Origin: Trichinella spiralis
Lineage: Eukaryota
Length of the DNA stretch: 64,000 nt
Direction of reading: 5' to 3'
Assembly: GCF_000181795.1 (NCBI RefSeq)
Contig: NW_003526948.1
Span: forward strand, 1,191,444-1,255,443
Part shown: piece after piece, positions 43,501 through 56,036 of the stretch
Position numbering within the stretch: the first letter of the stretch is position 1
Layout: each line of letters starts with the position of its first letter
The notes under the pieces: generated by a model
Told to the model about the DNA's origin: nothing
Seen by the model: only the letters and a program-made list of their open reading frames with translations
The model's database searches: none
Translations under genes and position numbers: made by a program

Positions 43501-46500
43501 AACTAAAGGTCTGAAGTGTGGAAGATCTGTTGCCTGAATGCCATGTTGATCAAAGCTTTATGAATGCGATATACATGTTTGATTAATACTACATGAATTT
43601 GCATAAAAATAATCATCAGTCAACAGCAGTTGAGCATTGAAATCACTGAAAATATTATTAGCAATGATAGTTTAATGTAGCTTATTTCTCTCCATTTTTA
43701 ATGACATATTTATTTACTGTATAAAAGTAATAAATTGTTGTCTTGGCAGTAAAAGGGTTGAGTTATGAAAATAAAAAAAAATGTCTATCGTTAAAATATG
43801 ATACGCAAAAAAATAAAATAAAGACAGTTAGAAAGCGTTTTCAATGCAATAAGCAGACTATCTGCATGGGGTGTGACCAACTTTTATAATAAAAGTGACA
43901 ACCGACAAAAACAGATCAAAGCTCGCCGCTTGCAAAAGGTCGCCTCCAACGCAATTTAAACAACAGACGAAGATGTTGTCGTTGCTGCGTAACCCAGAAC
44001 TGAGCCTTAAACATTAAACGTAATTTCCATTTCACATTTTATTCCGTGACTACCTAAGCAACCGGTTGCTTTTCAAAGGAACAAAAAATGTTTTACAGCT
44101 GCAGAATTTCTGTTGACATTTTTTGAAAAAATAAAAAAAGCTTTGCCACAAGCTGCTAAATTGCCGGACAACTACATTCAATTGTGCACAGTATCCTTTG
44201 ATGTTTACCTACAGTTAAAAATTTTGCAAAACAACTGTGACAAACTACCTGCATTTGCTCAACCATAAACTATGCTAATATATATATATGTATATAAGAA
44301 ATGCAATGTTCGAAAGTTCAAAGAGTGAAAAAAAATCTCATTTTCATACAGTTTTTATCTTGGTTTTAAAAACGTTGTAAATAATAAAAATTATTGCTTG
44401 AAAACATTTTCTAATAGTCATGATCTACTATCTAATACAATCTAACATATCACGAGATAAACTTCATCAAGTAAATTGGAAAAGCTTATGAATATTTGCT
44501 TAAAAAATTACTTACTTTACATATTCGCCAAACTTGAAACTAAAATTTCGACTGAAGAGGATTTTATTTTACTGAAATATCGATATATATCAAAATTCCT
44601 GCATCTTACGTTCTTATTCGCGTGCATTTATAATATATGTAGAATGTAAAAAAAGCAAGGATTTTACATTATTACTGTTATTATTAATTAAACAAAACTT
44701 AATATTACTGATCAAGCTTCAAAAAGCAATAACATTATTGACTGTTCAATTAAAAAATCATTCACTAATTGTTGTTTCATTATAAAAGTTGATTTCTGAT
44801 GATTTTTTCAAAAAGTAAAAATAAATAAATTTCATTTAAAGAAATGTTGTTCTGTCATTATTGCTATTCGAATTGTCATTTGAAAAGGCACTCTAATTTG
44901 TGAAAAGGTAAAGATTAATCAAACACTAAATACTGACTTTTAAACAGAAGAAGAAGCACTGAAAAAGTCAAGTTAAGTCAGTGAAATTATATGTTCCTTT
45001 ATAATATGTTGATTTCCTGGAAAATTCATAAAAGTGAACTGATTGAAAAGAGCATAGAAGAAATAGATGCATTAAATGAATTTTTTTGAAACAAAATTAC
45101 TTATCACATTTTTAAATATTTTGAATTTACTTAGAGAATAAATTTTAAAATAAACAACTACAGTAACCAATGAGATGGCACTGATAATCGACGTGTGATA
45201 TCAGCAAATGTGATTAAGAATCCTTGTCTGCAATTGGTAGAAAAGAGTTAAGCAAAAAGACAACCTGTTCTGTAATCAACGAGCCGCATCTTGTGATCGA
45301 TTACTGAGCAAGTGGAAAAAGGCAGGCGGGGCAGGATCGGTATCAAATGGAGATGGTAATGATGTTATACGTCTGATTGGTTTTGATCCAGTCAGTTTCC
45401 GCAGAAGGTCACAGGGGCCACACGCAAGAGATTGGAACGAGAACGACCAAACAATTCAATTAAAATATGGCTGTAAAAGACGTAGGTGGGATGCTAACGC
45501 CGATCAATGGTTCCGACCGTCTTTTAATAGCCCCAAGACGGTTACATAGCATCTGTTTTGGTTGGATACATGCCGTGCCTTATATTAGCTATATCACGTT
45601 TCCCACATGAACTAATTTTCTTCGGATAAGTTGTCAAGCTAAGTCAGCGGAAATTACATCCAATCACCTACTGCGGAATTAGAAATGCATTCGCTTACGG
45701 TAGTTCACGCTAAGCTTTTCAGCCAAGAAGCTGAACTTCAATTAAGCTTCTACTTTCATTCGATCAAAACAACTACATTTCAGCTTTTATCACTAATCCG
45801 ACGATAATTTTCAATTGGATCATTTATATCCGTATACCAATTCCAGAAAATTGCACTACCATATGCTCAAAAGTGTTTTCGGTTTTTCTAATTTCTTCTA
45901 TTGAGTTGATAATTTTGCCGAATACTATCCATATTCACTGTATTTATTATCTTTGGCGATTTATTGCAGATGATCTTAATTTTATATTTTTATGCAACTT
46001 AAATTTCATCACTTGCATAAAAGCATACAGATAACTGAATCATAGTGCTGAAAACTGCCGAACATTTATGTCACGGTCGATGACTGAAGAAGATGAAAAA
46101 GAAAATCAATACCTGTATTATTAATATTGGGCATATTTTGTTCGTGAAAAATTTCCAAGTGAAATTTGTTGCAAATATTTTTCTCGTGATTGTTCACTTT
46201 TTCAAAAGAGTCATGGATCAAAAGAAGAAAATATTTCAGAAATTGAAATAAAGTTTAAAAATAAATACATAAATAAAACTACTGTTTCATAGTATGGTCA
46301 ACTTGTGAAAGATTCAAGAAAGATAAGAGTAGGAAAGAATTCAATTATTGAAACGAAATATTTGAATTACTTTTATCAGAAATTTATAAAAAACTCCAAT
46401 AAACAACTTGAGAAGAAAAAAAAGGGGAGATAAGTCAAACGGACGCGAAGATTAACGCGTTTTGAAAAGCATTCGAGGTTGACCTATTTAGATTAGTGTT

Positions 46501-49500
46501 TCAAAAATGAAATGCTGATCAGATGATACTGTTATTCGTTTTTCTTTTAAAATACACAAAAAAGCCAGCAAAGTAAAGAAAATGGCCTTGCACTAACCTG
46601 TATAACGCGCATATTCAGGCCGGTCTCCTGGGCCAATTGTTCTCGGATATGCCGGGTGGGCTTTGGTGTGGCTGCGAAGGCCGCTTTGAGTGTCTCCAGC
46701 TGCTTGGCCTTGATTGTTGTCCGAGGTCCGCGTCGTTTAGCCCCGTTGGAGGAAGTTCCAACGCTGGTTCCAGTGGTGGCAGCCAAATCCGCACCGTTGG
46801 AACCGTTGGAAATTCCATTGATGCTGTCGTCATTTTTGCTCAATTTTGCTTGCTCCTGGCTGCAACACGAATCGGGACTAGAAGAAGCAAAATGTTGCTC
46901 ATCGGCAGGGGAAAGAACGTCCTGCTCTTCGAGTATCGCCTCTGCAGGTGTGGAATCGATCAGCTGCAATGATGAAGGAGGGCCTTTGACAGGTTCTTCT
47001 ATCTTTTTCCCGTCTTCTTCGTCCTCACTGCCGCTTTCAGAAATAGGCTGATTGATGAGTTCTTGCTGAGAATCTGCAAAAATAAAATGCTAAAAACTTT
47101 CCAACATTGCAACATACGTTGAAAACTTTTTACAAAATGCAAAATGCAAGCAACAGTCAGTCAATGAAAAAAGAATTACTGGAAAATTCAAAGAAAAGTT
47201 CACCGATTTGAAAATTATCACTATTTGCAAAAAAAAGGTTTTTTTTCTGCCTTTTCATAAAATTAGTGGAAAATTTTGTTCATTTGTTTCCAATGCAAAA
47301 GTGAACTTTAGCTGAAAGCAACATCAACTTGACTTTCCCTCAATTTGAATGGCCATTTCGATTTTTCAATCAATCATCTACAATCGAAAATGAATAACCA
47401 ACCTAACGGAAAATTTGAATACGTTCAAATATGAGAGGTTAGTATGAGAAGAGAAAAAGAGGAAAAATATTCACAAATAAAATCACAAATCATTGCCTTT
47501 GTCGATTATTATCTTTGTAAAAAATTTTCGAATTGAAAAAATTAATGTATTTTTTAGGAAAAATATTCAGTCAGCAAATAAAAATTAAGAAAAGTGAAAT
47601 GAAAATTCAATTCCACGTCTATTAAATCTCAACTACCAGTGTGAAATAGCAACTGGTGGTGAATAAATACATTTACATTTTACAAAATTGGTGATAAAAG
47701 GAAATGTGATATTTAGGAGCGGTTTTGTTGACATCTGCTTTTCGACGATGAATGACAACGATGCTTGTTGGAAACTGGGGTTCGTTGTTGTGATCCGAAT
47801 GGAATGGAATTGAATAAGGTCAGATGAGGTGGTGAAAAGAAGTCCGCCACATGCTCGTCTCTCTCTTTCTCTCTTATTGAGCAGCAGTGTCGACCGTCCG
47901 AACAGCCTAGGAGGCGCAGATGTGCCAAAATTGATGACCATGGACAACAAATTCAGCTTTCTGATTTTCTCCCTATGATCAAACGCCGAAGAAACCTACC
48001 CACCACTCGGCAAAGAGCAAACGCGAAAAGCAAAGGCAGAAGAAATATGACACTTTTTCAAAAACGAACAATAGTGCAATGTTAGAGTTTAGAGTTGAAC
48101 AGCAGGATACGCACGCACAAACGGCTTGCCACAAAGCAAGAAACAGGTCGTCGCTGTTGAAGGCTTAAAAAATCTTACAGTCCCCACTTTGAAACGATTT
48201 GCTTACAAAAAAACAAACAAACAAACAATTTATATTCAACCGCACATCGCAGTGCCACTTCCCAGCTTTTTCTGCACAGCCGCCTCTCTTTCTACAAGTT
48301 TCTAGATATTCTTTTTTTCCAAACTTATGAACAAGATATTTTTGCATGCCCCAAACTGGTTAATTTTGCAACTAACAAACCTACCTGCTGAGATTGAAAA
48401 GCTGGACTGACCGTACACGTCGAGGTTAGCCAAAAAAGACTAGGTCATAAAAGGTTTCAAACATCACCTACCTACACATTCACTGTTGACTCATTTGAAA
48501 ACTGTTTTTTTCTCTTTTTATAACTCTGACAAAAATTATTTCCACTCTACTCCACTGCAAAATGTAATATCATTAAACTTATTTTATTTTTGTGATTACA
48601 TGAGGCATTTATTCGGTGAATATCATCAACAAAAATGTAAAACCCCTCTAAACTTTTTAAAGCAAGTTTAATTCGCTTACAATATTACGCTTACAAGCAA
48701 ATACCTCTTCGTGAATTATTCAACTTATGATAAACATTTCAAAATACAATATAATAATCATCTGATATGAAGCATGCCACAATAGAACCATAACTTTTAA
48801 AATACAAGTGCGTGATGAGCAACTTTTCTTACTAAAATATTTTCCTTTTCACCTGATAATAAAGTTCATTTATAAGATATGTACTTGTGTACCAGTAAAG
48901 TTGAAATGTGTTGTTAATTAATTGTTAATAATATTTGAAAAAAGTTTTCGAAACGCCTTCAAACAGATTGCTCACTTGTTCATTCATATTCAGAAATGTC
49001 GTGCTTGAACTTAAGTTATTTTCGATAGCAATTTACTACAGTTGTTAATATTATTCAAAAAATCAATTAAAACTGTATGAAAAATTATACTCTCGTGACA
49101 AATAAAGAAGCGGTAAAAATAAAATTATTGCAATAAAGCAGGCGAATTATTTGATAAATTTTACATTGTTACCTTCGCTTCTTTCGTGGAAATGTCAGCA
49201 ACTGCTTTCACAGCTTGAAAAAAAGCATGCATTTTTACAATCATTGTTAGGTTACGTGGGAACGACTTTTACAAAGCAAACACTTTTATTGTAGTGATAT
49301 AAATAGCACGATTTCATGTAAACTGCTCAACTTATAACATCATTCCATTGAAAATGTTGCTGATAGATTTTAAACGCTCAATAATAGCAATACTAATAAT
49401 GATCAGCTTGATAAATAAATACTCTTTACAATTTCTCATGTTAAAAAACTTATGAAAAGCAGGAAAAATGGGGAATAATGTAACTATTTTGATAACACTC

Positions 49501-50668
49501 TTTGTTAAAATTTTTACTTTCCATTTGTAATCCATAACATTGTAACTATCGCTTGTTTTCTAAAGCCAGCATGAAATTGCATAATATGAAAAGTTTGTTT
49601 CTTATAGCAATTATCTATTTTTCAAATGTACCAACTTCGTCAGTACGTCAGTAGTTGTAATTATGCAAGTGTTTACCTTTTACCTTTTCTCATCGTGCAA
49701 TGCTACAAAGTTTTTCAAATGGAAATTCAATGCAACTAATTCTATTATAAAATAAACTCATCTATTTCAATTTCTTTTTATTTCAGATGTTCAGTTTGAT
49801 ATATTTGCCTGCTTTATGAATTTTTTTCACCTTATGCAACAACCCAATTGACCTGAACGTTAGGTACAGGCAAAATTCCTGGCGAAGTAAGAAAAGCGAA
49901 AATCGTTAAACTCATTATTCTTAACTCCCTGTAGAATTTGTGTGTTTTACACAAGGGACAGAAATGTTCTAACGTTTACAAACATTTCAAAGTTGATATC
50001 TTCAAATTTATCATCTATTTAAGCTTGATTATCATGCAGATGTTCATATAGTTCTCATTTCAAGCATTATATGTATACTAAAAGTTTAGAATATTTTTTA
50101 TAACATCATCACAGTTTAATGATCTAGTGTTTCATGAAATCAATATTACTTCTTCAGATTCATGAAAAAAATGATCACTGTTACCTGTTGTAGCAGAATG
50201 TATTAGCGACTTAGTTCATCAAGCTGAGCATACTTACTTTGGGCATGACTAGTTTTCATGTAGTCAGTTTTGCAAACAAAAGTACTGTCATTGATAATGT
50301 ATAGCTGATCTCCAGTATTTAGGCGCTTCTGACAAATTGTGCAGCAAAAGCAGTCAATGTGAAATGCTTTATTTCGGGCATAGCGAACCAAATCACCACG
50401 AGAAAAATTCTGGGAACACCTCGAACATTTTGCTCCATATCTTCTGAATATTTAAATATAAAAATCACAAAATTTTCAACAAAAGAAAATAAACTTACTT
50501 CAAAAAGTCTGTTTTGCAAAAAATTAGACCATCTCTCGTAAAACAACGATCATCCAGTGGAGTTTGGCATACTTCACAAACAATACAAGAACCATGCCAA
50601 GATTTGTCCATCACATGATATAAATAACGATCGTATATAGGTTTCTTGCAACCAGCGCACAGTGTCAT
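40573..50668 (-). CDS. lin-11: LIM-homeodomain transcription factor of the Lhx1/5 (Lim1, lin-11) class; 6 coding exons
   Basis: Exons 50668-50499 (LIM1, [16 protein letters not shown]...), 50443-50238 (LIM2), 47073-46598 and 42856-42718 (homeodomain [59 protein letters not shown], diagnostic of Lhx1/5), about 41038-40836 and about 40751-40573, ending [12 protein letters not shown]. Confidence 0.95.
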
Positions 50669-53600
50669 GTTCACCGCTACAGAATAAATCATTAACCATT
50701 GCTTTTATGGAATATTTACATGCAGAAAATTTCTTGTAAGGAATCTGTATACTTTTCTCAAAAAAAACAAATCCAAATATCAGTATGAAAGTGCAGGATG
50801 TGAATTTTTACAAAAAATAATTAATTGGATATACTGATTATGTGAATGATCAATTACCAAGTAAAAGTTACACTGGCAGGCAAGTGCACATCGAAATTTT
50901 TGTCGAGATACTTTTGAAAACCTATTCAAAGATATCAGTCGGCGATTTCCAGTAATAAACGTATGAAAACGTGACGCCAACTTTTCTTTGCTTTTCACAA
51001 GCGTGCTTATCAGACTGGCGTAAGATTGGTTAAACTCTGGTCAGTCCAATAGCCACCGTCCTCTACATCCTACCGTATTAACTAACCAATCAGCATCAAG
51101 CATCCGCTTGAATTGCAATCAATCGATTATGTTATGCTGGCAACGACCAGTGACGTGTTTGGGTAAATTTCTGGAAATTTATTTTGTCATGATAACATTT
51201 TTTAGTCAATGTTAAACATGAAGAACTTTTTATATTCTGTTCGATAAACAGTTATATGAAATTGGATTTTCTTTACTTTTACAAAAGTCGCTAGCAGCAA
51301 AGCTCCATTAACTATATCTGAATAGCTGGCACCTGAATACATAACTGAGAACAATAACCAGGTTGTATCAAGTTGAAGAAGGCAGAGTGTCATATCCTGA
51401 CCTTGGAACAGTTGGAATGGTATTCACAGAGACCAGTAAAGTGAAGGAATCGAAAGGGCGGACGATAAAAGCGACTTTGTGTCTATTCAACATAATCCGT
51501 CCTCGATTTGACACTATTGACAAATAATGTCAAGTGGTTTTGCTGCTAATATTCCATGGCACCTCAATGTTTGGATTTGTCATCCTTTTAAAGAAAACTG
51601 GTAATTTTTATTTTAATAAATTCTTGGTATGCCTCTAAACGTTTTTTATATTCATAAAAAGGTACTATTCTATTAAATTTTAAATAAAATGTGACTTCAT
51701 TGCAACTAATTCAGAAAACTCGTCGCTCAACAGAAAAAGTAAAAGCTGATGCTGAATCACTCAGTTTTTATATAAATAAATAAATATAAAGAAATATATA
51801 TAATACAAATGTTATGTTGGGACAATGTGATAAAGTGTAACATTATGACGTAACAGTATGATGTTGATAAAATAAGTAAAAACTTTTAGAAAAATATTTA
51901 ACATACGTAAATTCAAAATTTTTAAACATTTTCAATGAATTAATTTCATTGTTATGAAATTGTATTTCATACAAGCTATTAAATGAAAATAATGTTCATT
52001 ATAAAAATGACCTGCTTCTTTATTTAAATTTAGCAAAGTTGAATTCAACACTTTTTATCTAATTAATCAAGTACATTACACTTGTCAGACTATTAAAAAG
52101 TATTAGTGCGCCACTTATGTCTGAATTTGAATCACTTTGAAATTTCATTTTAAGGTTAATGAATTTTACAATGAGAAACTTTTGTTTCTCAGTTACGAAG
52201 AATCATTTGATAATGAAACTTTTCCATAAAAATACATCATACTTTGAAAATAATGTTAAAGTAAATACTGCTATAGCATGACTCATCATCGATAATTTGA
52301 CATAGATACTCGAATTTTCTCAAATATTATTGAAAAAATTACTCACTTATGCAAAACAGTGTACATTCATTAAAATAGAATAGAAATATTGCTTTCTTAT
52401 TGGGTATTCTATGAATTTACATGATTTTGCAAGAACTAAAGATTTCATATAATACTGAGCAGATTTCCATTATCCTCAGCAAATAAAACAAAGCATTTAT
52501 GATGTATCTTCATTCCCTGATGAGTAGATCTGCAAAGCTGACAGAAATAAATTTACTTGAAAAGGCTTTTTATTACTGTACAATAATAATAAGTCTAAAA
52601 CTGCTTTGTCCATTGCAATTAAAGCATTGAAAGCAGAACATTTTAAACCAAAAAAATACGATCTACTGGAGCAAGTATGCAAATAACAAAAAATAAATAG
52701 GACCATCATGTGAATTCAAAACACAGAAAACACGTCAGAGAGCTACAGACATCAATAAAACAAACACAATGCAAACCAAATTTTAGAAAAGGGAGTGTTG
52801 TGAGCAGTGGAAATGATAGAACAACAAAAGAGAGACAAAAATATGGAATTAATATTATGAAGCGCATATAATGATAATATAATGAAGAATAAAGATGGAA
52901 ATATTCTGAACGTGAGAAACATAGAACAACAAGCTCAAAAGTGCAATCAGAAATGCATAAACAATTACCTTTGCCATGCTACGGAACGGAGAGATGCGAG
53001 CGCAAAGTCCGGCAGAGATGAAATGATCAACAGATGAGCCAACGCGAATTCATGCAAGCAACATCGGGGAGAAACGATTCACTTGTTTTAGGCGTTCAGC
53101 AACACTGAACATTATTTGCATAATTTATAGATGAATTTGCTTGCGTAATTGTGATTTTATATTCTCTAGATTAGAATTCATATACTTTGAACTTTGATTT
53201 CTCATAATTGATTTAATTACAGTACACTGTAATTTTGAATTAAGTAAAATTTTGTCCAACGCCAAGCCGTTCACTGATCAAAATGATATCTGTCAATCGT
53301 GCACTGAGCTTTTATAACGCCTATCAGTTCTGCCTCATTAAAATGCAAATTTTTTCACTATCTGTGATTGCCAGTTTTGCTTCGGTTTTGCCATGGCAGC
53401 GTTCATAAGACAACATTTGAAAACAGATGCGTAATGAAAAATTATCTTTTGTAATTTAATTACTGAAATCAACCATTTCAACAAAATAAAATTACGAAAA
53501 TAACTTTAACAAAACAAATAAAAATGTTTAAAAATATTTTTTTCATTTAAAATTCTAGTATAAAACAAACATTTTTGCTAGTTTTATTAAATGTAAATTT

Positions 53601-54023
53601 AATTTTTATCTACAAGTTGAAGAAAACGTTAATATCTGTATTTTGAATAGAATAAGCAACAGGGAAAATGTTATTTATAAACAAATTAATTTCATTAATG
53701 TGTATGTGTCAAGCAAAGCAATAAAGACAGTGTATTCTGACTTGGATGAGCTGAAGAAAACGCTGTTGACGGGCGTTAAGCGCTCTGCGTGCGTTTTGTA
53801 AAACTTTCAATTTAGTCATTAATTTATGGTAAATTGCAATTTCATGCAATTCAGTAAAAAATTTTCATCATTAAATTATAATTACCTGAAATTATTTCAT
53901 AAATTCTCAAGTCCTATGTGTATGATGTATGAATGAATGTATGCATAAACCTGCATTACTTTAATTTTTACTGTAATAAAAGAACTTTGGTTTTATATAT
54001 AAACTGTGAAATTTGGAAAAGTG

Positions 54024-54758
54024 ATGACAATTATTAAAAAAATTGCACCTCCAATACAGCATACGGAGTCTGCGCCTTTTATTAAATTTTTATTGAGCCT
54101 GTTAATGCGGTTTAAACGGTACAAACAAAATGGCGAGTTTGTTAGAGTATGTTTGCAATAGTTTTGCTTCGCTGGACTTTTTTTTAATTAGCATGCAGTT
54201 TTGCTGTATCTGATTTATTCACTTTTATTCACCTAAGAATGCTTTTTGCAGCAAAGCAATTAGATATTGAAAAAAGCAATTTTGATTTACTTTAATTTGA
54301 TTGTGATTTACTTTCTAAACTGCAATTTTGTTGCATATTTGTGCAGGATGGTTATGTGAATTGTCTGCGTTACGCTGACGAAATAACATCGCGTAGTCTG
54401 CCACCGCCAACACTACCTTATGGTATTAATCGAAAAATTAGTCACAATTATTATTATGATCGAGATGCCCGTCGTAGTGTTCAGCCACCTCGTTTGATCG
54501 GTGAAGATGTCTTGCAGTTAGCAAGTTCAAAGTAATATGTTATATTTTTATTTATTTATTTATTTAAAATCTGTAGGGATTAAAAAATTTTTTAATTTTT
54601 GATTTTTGTTTAGAAAAGACAATAAGAATGTATTCATATCACTGCCGTATCCAGTTCCAGGCGTTGGATATGCGTGGAAAAGAGATGCTTCTGAAGAATT
54701 GAAGCAAACTAAATATGATCCATCTTTGAAAGAATTGGAGCGTTTTGATGCGAAATAA
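54024..54758 (+). CDS. NDUFA7: NADH dehydrogenase 1 alpha subcomplex subunit 7 (B14.5a); 3 exons
   Basis: Exons 54024-54146, 54347-54531 and 54614-54758. LRYADEITSRSLPPPTLPYGINRKISHNYYYDRDARRSVQPP and PVPGVGYAW are NDUFA7 family motifs. Confidence 0.9.
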
Positions 54759-56036
54759 TATTCTTATTTTTATTCACAGACCCTTTCATTTATTTATCAA
54801 TAGAATTTGTATTAGAAAAATGCAGAAATAGAATGATAAAAGTGAAATTTCAAAAGTATCATTGAGTTTACTTTTGCCGTGTGTAAAAAATTTTTTCTGA
54901 AATAATGTGCAGAATTTTGCCCTTTCATAAATCAAATGATAATATGTGAAAATGAATAAATTTAAGAACGTTATTTTTTATCTGAGTGTTTATTTGTTTG
55001 CGAAACCGTTTTTAAAGATTGTCTTTTAAAATTATTCATTTAAAGCATTCACTTGTGAAATGTAAAAGCAAATAAATGTAAATTACTTTTTTACCAATAA
55101 TTTTCTAATTAATGATAAATGAATTTAAGTTTACATTTGAAGTTCAGCTGTTCATTAATGCATTATTGATTTAAAGTGTTCTGTAATAAATTTAATCAGC
55201 TTATGGTTCAAACATGCATTAGCCTTTACCAAATGTTCCTCACATTTATTATTTACAAAATGAAATAAGCAGATGACTCATTTTTTATTGATATCGATCA
55301 GTTATCAATAGTTAAAAAATATGATGCAATTGACTAAATAGAAAAGTTGAAGTAAAAACTTAACAGTGAAATAAATATATACATATATATAGTGCACACA
55401 AAGCAGCTGAAAGTAACCAATTTCAAAGTTTTGATTATCATGTGTTTTTTATAAAATAATGGCGTGTTTTATCTGAGAAAAAAAAATTTAGACGAGATTT
55501 GAATTGTAAAAAGGAAATTTTGCATGTAAAATTTCATTATTAATAATTTTATTATTCATTAATAACAGTGTTACTGTTAAATTATTAAATTTATGAAGTA
55601 TTTAGTTAAGAAAAAAATGAATGTATCTATATGTTTATTTATTGATGTATTATTAGCAAAAATTATAATATAATGCAATTAATAGTAAAATTATATGCAG
55701 ATATTTGCTTTAAAAAATGAAATGAGGCAATGATTAACAAAAACTATATTTAATTTGAGTTCACATGCAACGTTTGCAGTTATTTTTTACAACAATGGCA
55801 TAAGCAGTTTTGAATGATATTTAATAAAATAAGTAGATTTTCAGAATTCAATACGGCAGAAGCAAAGTCGAACAATTGTAATTTCATTACGGATGACAAA
55901 TAGCCAATGTTATTGTGGCAATTTCCGCACCCAGCTCGTTATTCAAGTGTTAGCATTAAAAACGCTTCAGCGCGGCTTGGATGTTCAAATAAAATAAATT
56001 TCCACTGCTGCTAATTACGCAAAACACCACTGCTGA

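Noticed and set aside
44191..44199. GTATCCTTT U12-like donor
   Set aside because: It is on the strand opposite lin-11 with no plus-strand exon, and it overlaps the TCF-like site.
46598..46740. Initial assignment of the LIM-homeobox gene to Lhx3/4 (ceh-14)
   Set aside because: [14 protein letters not shown]...[21 protein letters not shown] and NRRSKERR are Lhx1/5 diagnostics; Lhx3/4 has KRPRTTITAKQL and NRRAKEKR.
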